Assembly: GCA_963716745.1 (NCBI GenBank)
Contig: OY970320.1
Coordinates: forward strand, 608,001 to 672,000
Source of the DNA: an uncultured Gemmatimonadaceae bacterium
GTDB taxonomy: Bacteria > Gemmatimonadota > Gemmatimonadetes > Gemmatimonadales > Gemmatimonadaceae
Direction: 5' to 3'
Length of the DNA stretch: 64,000 nt
The position numbers and the translations under genes are program-made. The notes beneath the pieces were generated by a model, which saw only the letters and a program-made list of their open reading frames with translations, did not search any database and was not told the DNA's origin. Positions 51,675 through 61,250 of this stretch are shown here, one piece after another (within the stretch, counting starts at the first letter, position 1; each line of letters begins with the position of its first letter).

Positions 51675-52052
51675 TTACTTGGTGACCTTCTTCTTCCCGG
51701 CGATGGCGCGGCGCGGGCCCTTCTTAGTGCGGGCGTTCGTATGCGTGCGCTGGCCGCGGACGGGCAGACCCTTCCGGTGGCGGACGCCGCGATACGAACC
51801 GATGTCCATCAGTCGCTTGATGTTCATGGCGACTTCGGTGCGGAGCGCGCCTTCGACGCGCAGGTCCTTCTCGATCGCCTGGCGGAGGCGGTTCGTGTCG
51901 GCGTCGTTCAAGTCCTTCGCGCGGATATCGGGGCTGACCCCGGTGTCGGCGAGGATCTTGCGCGCGGTCGCGCGCCCAATGCCGAAGATGTACGTCAGGC
52001 CGATCTCGATGCGCTTCTCGCGCGGCAGATCGACTCCCGCAATGCGTGCCAT
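51675..52052 (-). CDS. rpsM: 30S ribosomal protein S13
   Basis: [18 protein letters not shown] and [17 protein letters not shown]. Confidence 0.98.
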   Translation of the reverse strand: MARIAGVDLPREKRIEIGLTYIFGIGRATARKILADTGVSPDIRAKDLNDADTNRLRQAIEKDLRVEGALRTEVAMNIKRLMDIGSYRGVRHRKGLPVRGQRTHTNARTKKGPRRAIAGKKKVTK

Positions 52053-52055
52053 GGA

Positions 52056-52172
52056 TTAACCCTGCCGCTGCTTATGCTTTGGATTGCGCTTGCAGATGAT
52101 GCGAGTCACGCCGTTTCGCTTGACGACTTTGCAATGCTCGCAGATCGGCTTCACGCTGCTTCGAACTTTCAC
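52056..52172 (-). CDS. rpmJ: 50S ribosomal protein L36
   Basis: Manual translation from [41 protein letters not shown]. Too short for the ORF track. Confidence 0.97.
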   Translation of the reverse strand: MKVRSSVKPICEHCKVVKRNGVTRIICKRNPKHKQRQG

Positions 52173-52218
52173 AGGAACTCCGGTTTGGTGCCGAAACTGA
52201 AATCCGGTCAAGTCTCAC

Positions 52219-52247
52219 AGAATAACCAACTTAGAGTTCCAATGCAA
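52219..52247 (-). promoter_or_regulatory. Probable sigma70-type promoter of the alpha operon
   Basis: TTGCAT-N17-TATTCT on the minus strand, 46 nt upstream of rpmJ, in an AT-richer patch. Confidence 0.65.
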
Positions 52248-52264
52248 GGGAGGCGCAGGAGGTC

Positions 52265-52400
52265 ACCGCAGACCGCGGGGTTGGTACCGCAAGAGGCGCG
52301 TTAGCGTTGGCGTTGGGGATGACAATCACGACGCAAGCCACGGTTCCTAACGCCAACGCCACACACGCCCCCAGCGGTACCAGCCCCGCCCTCAGCGGTT
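52265..52400. repeat. Long palindromic intergenic repeat, family A, copy 3
   Basis: ACCGC..GCGGGGTTGGTACCGC..GGCGCGTTAGCGTTGGCGTTGGGGA / TCCTAACGCCAACGCCACACACGCC..GCGGTACCAGCCCCGC..CAGCGGT. Overlaps the pyrF stop codon. Confidence 0.88.
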
Positions 52401-53081
52401 CAACTCACGCAGTATTTCCGTGAGTTCCGCACCTGGATCCGTCGCCTCGGTCACCGCCCGGCCGAGCACCAAATAACTCGCCCCCGCCGCCACCGCCGCG
52501 GCCGGTGTCACCACCCGCGCCTGGTCATGCGCGTCCCCGCCCGCCCGTCTGATCCCCGGCACCAGAATAGCCAGCTCGTCTCCGAACGCCGCCTTCACCG
52601 CCCCACACTCGGCGCCCGAGCACACCACCCCATGCGCGCCCGCCTCCGCGGCGATCCCCGCGAGTCTCAACACCTCGGCGCTCAGACTCGTGATCGAGCG
52701 CCCCCACGCCGCGCCGAGCGATGGCGCGTCGAGCGAGGTGAGCACCGTCACCGCGAGCACTTTGCAATGCGCGCCTGCCCCTTCGACGGCCGCCTCGATC
52801 ATCGCGCGGCCGCCCGACGCGTGCACCGTCACGAGCGCCGCGCCCGTCGCGGCCGCATTGCGCGCCGCGCCGCGTACGGTGTTCGGAATGTCATGCAGCT
52901 TGAGGTCCAGGAACACGTCGCGTCCTTCGTCGCGCATGGCGCGCACGACCGGCGGCCCTCCCGCGGTGAACAGCTCGAGTCCCACCTTCACGAAATCGCA
53001 CGCCGCGCCGAGGCGCGCGGTGAGCGCCGCCGCCCGCGCGAGATCGGGCACGTCGAGCGCGACGATCGCGCGCGGCTTCAC
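52392..53081 (-). CDS. pyrF: Orotidine-5'-phosphate decarboxylase
   Basis: IVALD, KVGLELF, FLDLKLHDIPNTV, PGIR, DQARV and LVLGR. GTG start overlaps the corrected pyrD stop. Confidence 0.95.
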   Translation of the reverse strand: MKPRAIVALDVPDLARAAALTARLGAACDFVKVGLELFTAGGPPVVRAMRDEGRDVFLDLKLHDIPNTVRGAARNAAATGAALVTVHASGGRAMIEAAVEGAGAHCKVLAVTVLTSLDAPSLGAAWGRSITSLSAEVLRLAGIAAEAGAHGVVCSGAECGAVKAAFGDELAILVPGIRRAGGDAHDQARVVTPAAAVAAGASYLVLGRAVTEATDPGAELTEILRELNR

Positions 53082-54014
53082 GACGGCCACTCCAGCGTGC
53101 CGATCACTGCGCCGATGGATCGCACACCCTCGCGCTCGCACCACCGCTCGAGATCCGCGCACGATGCGCGCGGGCGCGCGCGGGTCGCGCAGTGCCGCCG
53201 TGCCCACCGCGAAGATCGTCGCGCCGGCCAGGAGATATTGGAGCGCGTCGTTCGCGGAGGCGATCCCGCCCACGCCGCAGAGCGGCACCGCGGCGCCGAG
53301 CGCTTTGCGCACGCGCCACACCGCGAGCACGCCTACCGGCAGCAATCCCGCCCCGCTCACGCCGCCCGTGCCGAAGCCGAGCGCGGGGCGTCGCGTGCTC
53401 GTGTCCACGAGCAGACCGGGGATCGTGTTCACCACGCTGATGCCATCGGCGCCCGCATCGACGGCGATGCGCGCGCTCGCGCCAATGTCGCTCAGCACGG
53501 GGCTGAGCTTCACGAAGAGCGGCTGCGAGGTCGCGGCGCGCGCTGAACGCACGACGGCCGCGAGCGTCGCCGGGTCGGCGCCGAATTCCATGCCGCCCGC
53601 TTTCACGTTCGGACAGCTGACATTCAGTTCGAAGCCGTGCACGCCCGGCGTGCCGGTGAGTCCGCGCACCACCTCCCCGTATTCCTCCACGGTGTCCCCC
53701 ACGACGTTCACGAGCGCACGCGCGCGGCGGAGATGCTCCGCGATCCAGGGGATCTCGTCGCGCCGCACCGCCTCGAGACCGGGATTGGCCAGACCCACCG
53801 CGTTGATCATCCCGCCGGGGAAATCGGCGGCGCGCATTGCTGGCGCACCGGCGCGCGGCCGCACGCTCACGGCTTTCGTGAATATCCCGCCGAGCGCGTC
53901 GAGATCCATGACATCCTGCAGCTCGCGCCCGTATGCCGCGGTGCCGCTCGCGAGCAGCAGCGGATTCTGGAAGCGGATCCCGGCCGCTTCGACTTCGAGC
54001 GCTCCGGCCGTCAC
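53078..54014 (-). CDS. pyrD: Dihydroorotate dehydrogenase, family 1 (apparent +1 frameshift near 53159)
   Basis: NPLLLASGT, NAVGLANPG, ELNVSCPNV, KLSP, VNT and GGVSG. The corrected end ...DLERWCEREGVRSIGAVIGTLEWPS stops at TGA 53078. Confidence 0.93.
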
Positions 54015-55225
54015 GGCGTGCCGCCGCGCACGCGGCGCTCGTAGTGGTCGAGATACTCCATGGTCGCGTCGGCGATCACGTTGGCGATCTTCCGCTGCTG
54101 CGCCTGATTCGTGAGCAGCTTCGCGTCATCCGGGTTCGTGCCGAAGCCGATCTCCACGAGCACCGCCGGCATGTACGCGGTCTTGAGCACCACGAACCCA
54201 GCCTGCATTACGCCGCGGCTCGGTCCCGGCATCGCGTCGCCCAGGCGCCGCTGCACGATCTCGGCCAGTTCCTTGGACTCGCGCAGGTGTTCGTTTTGCG
54301 CCATGTCGTTGATAATGAAGTTGAGCGGGTCGCCCTGCGGCGCGTTGGCCCCCGTCTCGAACTTGATCACGTCGTTCTCCATCTTCTCGACGCGGCGCGC
54401 GTCCTCGGTCTTCGCTTCGGACAAGAAGTACGTCTCGAACCCGCGCGTGTCGCCCGGGCGGTGCCACTCGAGCGGCGCCGCGTTCACGTGCACGGAGACG
54501 AACACGTCGCCGTGCCATTTGTTGGCCATCGGCCCGCGATCGTAGAGACCGATGAGCGTGTCGGCGGTGCGCGTCATCATCACGTCCACGCCGCGGTCGC
54601 GAAGGTTCGCGGCGAGCTTCTTGGCCACCGAGAGCGTGATGTCCTTCTCGTGCATCTGCCAGTGCGAGCCGATGGGACCGTGCATGCCGCCGTCGACGCC
54701 GCCATGTCCGGCGTCCACCACGACGCGGCGGCGGTGCTTCCGAACGCCGGGGCGCGTAGCGTTCCCCTTCTTCGTGACCGGCACGTCGGCGACCGCGACG
54801 ATCGGCGGCCGCTCGCCGGGGGCGACGAGCGTGAGCTGGCGGTTGGGCGGATCGTACACCCAGCGCGACGGCGTCACGCGCGGCAGCATCTCCGCGAACA
54901 CCTCGTAGGGGACGAGCAGCACGCCGTCGCGCTCGCGCGGCGCGACGGCGAGCGGAATGGTCTCGCCGTCCACGCGCATGTACGGTACGTCGAGCGCGAG
55001 TTCGACGAGCGTTCCGCCGATGAGCAGTTCATGGCGCCCGCCGAGGCCGATGCTGTCGCGCACCGCGATCACGGGCGCGAGGCCGATCACGGGCACGAAC
55101 GAGATGCCGTCGCGCTGCGCGACCGCGACGTCGGCCGTCGCGGCGCCCGAGCGGATGCTCAGCACGCCGGGCGCCGCGGCCGGCATCCCCGCGGCGAGTT
55201 GCAGCGCGATCGCGAGGTGGATCAC
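54011..55225 (-). CDS. N-acetylmuramoyl-L-alanine amidase (Amidase_3)
   Basis: VVVDAGHGGVD.G, EKDITL, FVSVHVNA and F.VLK...MPAVLVEIGF.TN. Confidence 0.93.
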   Translation of the reverse strand: MIHLAIALQLAAGMPAAAPGVLSIRSGAATADVAVAQRDGISFVPVIGLAPVIAVRDSIGLGGRHELLIGGTLVELALDVPYMRVDGETIPLAVAPRERDGVLLVPYEVFAEMLPRVTPSRWVYDPPNRQLTLVAPGERPPIVAVADVPVTKKGNATRPGVRKHRRRVVVDAGHGGVDGGMHGPIGSHWQMHEKDITLSVAKKLAANLRDRGVDVMMTRTADTLIGLYDRGPMANKWHGDVFVSVHVNAAPLEWHRPGDTRGFETYFLSEAKTEDARRVEKMENDVIKFETGANAPQGDPLNFIINDMAQNEHLRESKELAEIVQRRLGDAMPGPSRGVMQAGFVVLKTAYMPAVLVEIGFGTNPDDAKLLTNQAQQRKIANVIADATMEYLDHYERRVRGGTP

Positions 55226-55689
55226 CGGACGCGGCGCGCGCGCGCCATCTCGCGCTCATCGTCCTTCTTGCGCTCGTCGGCCCGCTTGTCGTGGAGTTTC
55301 TTTCCCTTGCCGAGCGCGATCGTCACCTTCGCCTTGCCCTTCTTGAAATAGAGGTCGAGCGGAACGAGCGTGAGTCCCTGTCGCTCGGTCGCGCCGATGA
55401 GCCGGCGGATCTCGCGCCGGTGCATGAGCAGCTTGCGCGTGCGCGTGGGCTCGTGGTTGAACTGGTTCCCCTGCTCGTAGGGCGAGATGTGCAGGTTGAG
55501 CAGGTAGACCTCGCCGCCATGCACGATGCCGTAGCTGTCCGAGAGGTTCGCTTTGCCGTTGCGCAGCGATTTCACTTCGGTGCCCGTGAGCGCGATGCCG
55601 GCTTCCCACGAGTCGAGGATGGAATATTCGTGGCGCGCCCGCCGGTTCCGGGCGATGAGCTCCTGGTCGCCGCGCTCCTCGCTGGCCAT
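55222..55689 (-). CDS. smpB: SsrA-binding protein
   Basis: NRRARHEY, EAGIALTGTEVKSLR, RTRKLL.H and GKKLHDKR. Confidence 0.98.
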   Translation of the reverse strand: MASEERGDQELIARNRRARHEYSILDSWEAGIALTGTEVKSLRNGKANLSDSYGIVHGGEVYLLNLHISPYEQGNQFNHEPTRTRKLLMHRREIRRLIGATERQGLTLVPLDLYFKKGKAKVTIALGKGKKLHDKRADERKKDDEREMARARRVR

Positions 55690-55737
55690 CGTGGGCGGAA
55701 GTTAGACGGCGTTCTCGCATCGGGCAACGGCGTCGCG

Positions 55738-55766
55738 TTGACTTCGATTCTCACGCGGCCTAGCTT
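55738..55766 (+). promoter_or_regulatory. Probable sigma70-type promoter of tRNA-Leu
   Basis: TTGACT-N17-TAGCTT, 9 nt upstream of the tRNA. Confidence 0.6.
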
Positions 55767-55775
55767 TGCAATCCC

Positions 55776-55859
55776 GCCGAAGTGGTGGAATTGGTAGACG
55801 CGCTGGCTTCAGGAGCCAGTGAGGGCAACCTCGTGGGGGTTCGAGTCCCCCCTTCGGCA
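55776..55859 (+). tRNA. tRNA-Leu(CAG); CCA end not encoded
   Basis: Acceptor stem GCCGAAG/CTTCGGC plus discriminator A, D-loop GGAATTGGTAGAC, anticodon arm CTGGC-TTCAGGA-GCCAG, long variable arm and GGTTCGAGTCC T-arm. Confidence 0.97.
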
Positions 55860-55896
55860 CTCCATGTGACGCGATCCTCCGTGAGCCATATCGAAG

Positions 55897-55930
55897 AAGG
55901 GCGGCACACCATTCGGTGTGCCGCCCTTTT
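55897..55930 (+). terminator. Intrinsic terminator after tRNA-Leu
   Basis: AAGGGCGGCACACC-ATTC-GGTGTGCCGCCCTTTT. Confidence 0.88.
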
Positions 55931-55943
55931 CGTGTGCCAGAGG

Positions 55944-56040
55944 CGCGTGTGGCAACGGAGCGTATGGTACTACTTTCTGCGCTCGTAGTGAGTAGTCCAA
56001 CGGACGCCCTGCCGTACCATACGCTTAGTTGCTAGACGCG
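55944..56040. repeat. Palindromic repeat, family B, copy 2
   Basis: 27-bp arms CGCGTGTGGCAACGGAGCGTATGGTAC / GTACCATACGCTTAGTTGCTAGACGCG. Shares the GCGTATGGTA/TACCATACGC core with 17050-17146. Confidence 0.7.
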
Positions 56041-56073
56041 TATTTACAGCGGTACTAAGGCCCACACGCGCCG

Positions 56074-56637
56074 TTATCGCCGCGCCGCCATCGCGCTCGG
56101 CGCGATGTCCTCTGGCAGTTCCGCCGCGCCGTATGCGGCCCGCAGCGCCGCGTTCGCCTCCGCGAGATAGCGCGCCGCGATGTCGCCGGCGCGCGCGATC
56201 TGCTCGTCGGATCCCGGCTCGAGGCGGCCAGCGAACTGCAGCAGCGCGCTGCCGAGATGGTAGCCGGTGCCCGGCGCCTCGCGGCGGCCCAGCGCGTCGG
56301 CGTAAGCGCGGAGACGCGCGTTCAACTGATGCTCCACGATGCGGCGCTTGTCGGGCGCCACCGCGGCATCGGTGGCCATCACATCATCGAGCGCGCGCGC
56401 CACTTCCGACGCCGTGCGGTCGTCGAGCGCATCGCGCTGCGAAGTCACCAGCCCCAGTGCGCGCCGCGCGTAGCGCAGTTCCCAGCGCGCGTGATCGAGA
56501 TCGCCCTGCGTGCCCGCGTCGGCGAGCCACGCGACATCGTCGGCATCCGGTTCGATCTCCAGCGCCGCGACGAACGCCACCGCGCTCGCCTCGCGCGCAC
56601 GCGCCTCGCGCCACCGCCGCAGGAAGGAAGGAAGCAT
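56074..56637 (-). CDS. Hypothetical alpha-helical protein
   Basis: 187-aa ORF with coding-like composition, co-oriented 20 nt downstream of the Rrf2 gene. No recognised motif. Confidence 0.7.
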   Translation of the reverse strand: MLPSFLRRWREARAREASAVAFVAALEIEPDADDVAWLADAGTQGDLDHARWELRYARRALGLVTSQRDALDDRTASEVARALDDVMATDAAVAPDKRRIVEHQLNARLRAYADALGRREAPGTGYHLGSALLQFAGRLEPGSDEQIARAGDIAARYLAEANAALRAAYGAAELPEDIAPSAMAARR

Positions 56638-56657
56638 GCCGTCGCGCGCGGCCGCGC

Positions 56658-57113
56658 TCAGCCGTGCAGCACGGGGAGACCCACCCGCAGCCGGACCTCC
56701 GGCTCGTCATGCAGCAGGTCGGCGAGATGCACGCCATCGAGCACGTCGTCGATCTTCTGCTGGAGGAGCATCCACACCGGCCGGATGCTGCACTCGTGCG
56801 ACGCGTCGCACCGCTCGTCATCCACCGGATGCGACACGCAGTGCAGATCGAACGTCGCCAGCTCGGACGCGTTGATGACGTCGCGCACCGAGATCTCGGC
56901 CGGCGTGCGCGCGAGCGCGTAGCCGCCCCGTGCCCCTCGCGTGCTGTTCACGATGCCCGCGCGCCGCATGCGGAGCAGGATCTGCTCGACGTAATCGGCG
57001 GGGAGTTTCTCCCGCGCGGCGATCTCCCGCCCGGTCACCGGCTCATCGTTCGATCGGCGCGCGAGATGCAGCGCGCAGATCAAGCCGTACTCGGCCCACG
57101 TCGTGATCCGCAT
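56658..57113 (-). CDS. Rrf2-family transcriptional regulator (IscR-like, three Cys)
   Basis: YVEQIL..MRRAGIV.STRGARGGY.LAR and C-x8-C-x5-C. Confidence 0.92.
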   Translation of the reverse strand: MRITTWAEYGLICALHLARRSNDEPVTGREIAAREKLPADYVEQILLRMRRAGIVNSTRGARGGYALARTPAEISVRDVINASELATFDLHCVSHPVDDERCDASHECSIRPVWMLLQQKIDDVLDGVHLADLLHDEPEVRLRVGLPVLHG

Positions 57114-57158
57114 GGATGGACGATAGGCACCTTTCCGGGGCGCGACAAGGGCGCCCGT

Positions 57159-58587
57159 TCAGCCCGCGGACACTCCGCCGTGCTTGCCGCCGGGCACGCC
57201 GATCTCGGTCATCTTGCGCAAATCGAGCGTCTCGTCGATCTCGGCGTCGGGCAGCACGTGCTCGCGGTGCACGAGCTCGCGAATGAGCGTGTTCTCCTTC
57301 ACCGACTGCTTGCTCAGCTCGGCCGCGCGCGCGTACCCGATCTGCGGGGCGAGCGCGGTCGCGAGCGCCGCCGAGCGCTCCACCCAGTACTCGCACATCT
57401 CGCGGTTCGCCTCGATGCCGCGCACGCAGCGCTCGGTGAATACCGTGAGCGCGTTCGTCGGTGATGCCGATCGCCTGGAACAGATTGTGCGCGATCACCG
57501 GCATCATCACGTTCAGCTCGAGCTGCCCCTCCGATGCCGCCATCGCAATGCATGCATCGTTGCCCACCACTTGGCACGCCACCTGGTTCACCATCTCGGG
57601 GATCGACGGATTCACCTTCCCCGGCATGATCGACGAGCCGGGCTGCACCGCCGGCAGCCGGATCTCATCGAGGCCGGTGCGCGGGCCCGACGCCATCAGC
57701 CGCAGGTCGCTCGAGATCTTCGCGAGATCGCACGCGAACGCGCGCAATTGCCCCGAGAACGCCGCGGCGTCGCCCATGCTCTGCATGAGCTGGATGCGGT
57801 CCGTTCCCTCGCGCAGCGCGAGACCGCTGATCGCTTTCAGATTCGCGACCATCAGCGCCGGATACTCCGGCTCGACGTTCACGCCCGTACCTACGGCGCT
57901 GCCGCCGATCCCGAGGTCGCGCAGATCGTCGGCCGCGTGCTCGAGCCGGCGGCGATTCCGCTCCACGGTATTCCCGTACGCGCGGAACTCCTGGCCGAGC
58001 CGGATCGGCATCGCGTCCTGGAGATGGGTGCGGCCGCTCTTGATGATCCCGTCGAACTCCTTGCCCTTCGCGAGCAGCGCATCGCGCAGTGCCGCCATCG
58101 CGCGGTCGAGATCGGCGGCCAGCTTGAGCGCGCCGAGCCGGATCGCGGTGGGGATCACGTCATTGGTGGACTGCGCCATGTTGACGTGGTCGTTCGGATG
58201 CACCGGTGCGTAGGCGCCGCGCGCCGCGCCGAGGATCTCGTTCGCCCGATTCGCGAGCACTTCGTTCGCGTTCATGTTGTGCGACGTGCCCGCGCCGGCC
58301 TGGAAGGGATCCACCACGAAATGCTCGCGATGCTGGTCCGCCAGCACTTCATCCGCGGCGCGCACGATGGCATCGGCGAGCCGCGGCTCGAGACGCCCCG
58401 TCTTCTTGTGCGTGAGGGCCGCCGCTTTCTTGATCCACACCACTGCGGTCACGAACATCGGCAGCGGACGCGCACCGCTCACCGGGAAGTTCTGCACGGC
58501 GCGCAGGGTCTGCACGCCATACAGCGCGCTGGCGGGGACCGCCAGCGCGCCGAGTGGGTCCTTCTCCGTGCGTGTCGCCTCCGTCAC
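57159..58587 (-). CDS. Aspartate ammonia-lyase / class II fumarase family (apparent +1 frameshift near 57460)
   Basis: YGVQTLRAVQNF, GTS.NMNANEV, HPNDHVNMAQSTND, KSGRTHLQDA and GSSIMPGKVNP. The C-terminus continues in ORF 57159..57425. Confidence 0.92.
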
Positions 58588-59388
58588 GGTGCTAGTACAC
58601 CCACCGTGTCGAACTTCGAGTAGCTGTACAGCAGGCCGTTGTTCGTGGTCGTCGCGTAGGTAGTGACCCAGCGGAATGCCGTCACGCGCTGGTAATAGTT
58701 CGCCGCCGTGTCCCAGTGCACCGCCATCGCGCGAGGCACGTAGATCTGGCCATCGTCATCGGCGGAGCAGATGATCTGGCGGTCCGGCACGAGGGAGGTG
58801 GGCGTCTCGTAGATCAGGTAAATGTTCACGGCATCCGTGCCCGGCACACCGGCCGTCCAGTTGATCGGGAACGAGTCGGTGGGATGCGACGGCACCGGCG
58901 CCAGCTCCAGCTTCTTCGCCGTGAGGGCGGGGATCGTCGCGGCATCGAATCCGCCCGACGCGCCGGGGATCGTGAACGCGATATTCGCGCCAGGAACGTA
59001 CTGGAATCCCGCGCCGTGATAGCGGTAGACGATCTGGACGTTCGGGATCGTATCCGGCTTCAGTGCGCCGGTCGAGAGCGTAGACACGAACAGGATCGAA
59101 TCGCCGGCATTCAGCTGGTTCGGCACCACGGCGTGCGATGTATCGGGCTTGAAATAGATCGTATCAATGCACGCATCCGGCGGTGCGTTGCTCCCGGGCA
59201 GCGAGACGTTCGACGCATCCCAGAACACGGCCTGCGGCGAGGTCAGATAACCGCCGACGCCATCGGAGGAGTCGCCGAGCGTGATGACGCCCAGCGGCCG
59301 CGACGTCGGCGGCGATGCGCTGGAGCCGCACCCCGCGGCGATGGCGGCGATCGACGAGCATGGTGCACAGACGAGCACTGGGTCGCAT
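58584..59388 (-). CDS. Hypothetical lipoprotein (apparent +1 frameshift near 59355)
   Basis: ATG 59388 with a GAGGA RBS gives MRPSARLCTML|SIAAIAAGC (lipobox) after one-base correction. The body is beta-rich and Thr/Pro-rich. Confidence 0.62.
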
Positions 59389-59546
59389 AGCGGATCCTCG
59401 AGTCATGGTCCAACGGACCGGGGCGCCACCTCAGCGCGGCGCCGGCCAGTCACGCCTGAAAGGTGCATCCGGTGACGGCATTCCGACAACCGGGGGCCTA
59501 ATGCGATCGAACCTCATACCCCACTGGCGAGATCAGGCTCCGTCCG

Positions 59547-60191
59547 TCAGCCACCCGCGGCGACGCGCGCCAGACCATTCAAGAACGGATTCTCGGCGCG
59601 TTCGCGCGCGATGGTCGTGGCCGGACCGTGGCCGCTGTAGACGACAGTTGCGTCACCCAGCGCCGCGATTCGCGCGAGCGTGCGGCCAAGCTGGCGGCCG
59701 TTCGCCAACGGAAGATCGGTGCGCCCGATCGAGCCAGCGAAGAGACAATCGCCGACGAACGCAACGCCATTCCCGTGGATCACGACGTGGCCCGGTGCGT
59801 GGCCGGGCGCGTGCAGCACCGTGAACGCGAGCGATCCGACGCGCAGCACTTCGTCGTCGGCGAACTCCCCGTCGGGATCGGGCGGCTGCTCGATCGTCGT
59901 GCCGAACATGAGACCGTGCTCCGCCGCGGCGCGATAGAGCGGCAGGTCGGCGGGATGCAGGAGCACCGGCACCGGGAGTGCGCGCTTGATCGCCGCGATC
60001 GCGCCCACGTGGTCGACGTGGCCGTGGGTCACCCAGATCGCGTCGAGCGTCGCACCCGATTCGCGCACCGCCGCGAGCAGCCGCGAGGCCTCGTCGCCGG
60101 GATCGATCAGCACCGCGTGGCGCGTCGCGTCGTCGATGAGGAGATAGGCGTTCTCCTGCATCGGCCCGACGGTGAACGCGCGGATGATCAT
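59547..60191 (-). CDS. MBL-fold metallohydrolase (glyoxalase II-like)
   Basis: THGHVDHVG, PGHAPG, GDCLFAGSIGRTDL and GHG. Confidence 0.93.
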   Translation of the reverse strand: MIIRAFTVGPMQENAYLLIDDATRHAVLIDPGDEASRLLAAVRESGATLDAIWVTHGHVDHVGAIAAIKRALPVPVLLHPADLPLYRAAAEHGLMFGTTIEQPPDPDGEFADDEVLRVGSLAFTVLHAPGHAPGHVVIHGNGVAFVGDCLFAGSIGRTDLPLANGRQLGRTLARIAALGDATVVYSGHGPATTIARERAENPFLNGLARVAAGG

Positions 60192-61180
60192 CGCGCGACG
60201 GCCGCCGCTCCATGCACGGCCGCGGCGGCGCGCTCATGGTCGCGGCGCATCGCCAGATATTTCTCGGCCGCGATCGTCGCGGTGGTCGCGTCGCCCGCCG
60301 CGGTCGTCACCTGGCGCGTGAGCTGCGCGCGCACGTCGCCCGCCACGAACAACCCGGGCAGCGATGACGACATGTTCTGGTCCGTGACGATGTAGCCGGA
60401 CGCATCGTGCTGCACGTGTTCCTGCAGGATGCCGGTGTTCGGCTTGAATCCGATGAACACGAACAATCCGCTCGCGGCGAGCGCGCGCGATTCGCCGGTG
60501 ATCGCGTCGCGGAGCATCACGCGGTGCACGAGACCTTCGGCGTCACCCTCCACGCGCTCCACGAGCGTGTTCCAGATCACTTCGATCTTCGGGTTCTCGG
60601 CCACGCGCTTCTGGATGATCTTCGATGCGCGGAATTCGTGGCGCCGGTGGACCAAGTAGACTCTCTCGGCGTAGCGCGTGAGGTAATCCGCCTCTTCGCA
60701 CGCCGCATCGCCGCCGCCGACGACCGCGATCGTATGCCCGCGGAAGAAATGGCCATCGCACACCGCGCAGTACGACACGCCCTTCCCCGCGAACTCGAGC
60801 TCGCCGGGCACGCCGAGCTTCACGGGCGTGCCGCCGGAGGTCATGATCACGGCGGGCGAGCGGTACATGTCGCCGGTGTCGCTTACGGTCTCGAACGTGC
60901 CATCGTGGAGCCGACGCAGCGCGACGACGTTCACGCCGGTCGCGATCTCGACGCCGAATTTCTTCGCGTGCTCCTCGAACTTCTGCGCGAGCTCCCAGCC
61001 GTCCACGCTCTGGAAGCCGGGATAGTCCTCGACCTTCTCGGTGTTGAGCAGTTCGCCGCCCGGCGCGCCCTTCTCCAGCGCCACGGCGCGCAGCATCGAC
61101 CGGCCCGCGTACAAGGCGGCGGTGAGCCCCGCGGGCCCCGCGCCGATGATCACGATGTCGTATTCGAGCGTCCGGGCCAC
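60188..61180 (-). CDS. trxB: Thioredoxin-disulfide reductase
   Basis: GAGPAGLTAA, GKGVSYCAVCDG, GGGDAACEEA and GLFVAGDV...RQV.TA.GD. Confidence 0.95.
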   Translation of the reverse strand: MARTLEYDIVIIGAGPAGLTAALYAGRSMLRAVALEKGAPGGELLNTEKVEDYPGFQSVDGWELAQKFEEHAKKFGVEIATGVNVVALRRLHDGTFETVSDTGDMYRSPAVIMTSGGTPVKLGVPGELEFAGKGVSYCAVCDGHFFRGHTIAVVGGGDAACEEADYLTRYAERVYLVHRRHEFRASKIIQKRVAENPKIEVIWNTLVERVEGDAEGLVHRVMLRDAITGESRALAASGLFVFIGFKPNTGILQEHVQHDASGYIVTDQNMSSSLPGLFVAGDVRAQLTRQVTTAAGDATTATIAAEKYLAMRRDHERAAAAVHGAAAVAR

Positions 61181-61250
61181 AATGCGTCCTCACGAATGAT
61201 GCCGACGGTTAAATATGGCGACTCCCGCAAGGGTCCGCCCGCTCCGCCGC

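Noticed and set aside
52392..54014. Apparent 540-aa PyrD-PyrF fusion ORF
   Set aside because: One extra base near 53159, next to GATGC, explains it. The corrected frame gives a normal PyrD C-terminus ending in TGA that overlaps the pyrF GTG.
55776..56073. Integrative element at tRNA-Leu
   Set aside because: No integrase follows the tRNA, and I saw no duplicated tRNA 3' end in the window.
59495..59525. GGGGTATGAGGTTCGATC on the minus strand, resembling a tRNA or tmRNA fragment
   Set aside because: No cloverleaf or acceptor stem could be built, and the spacer is too short for tmRNA.
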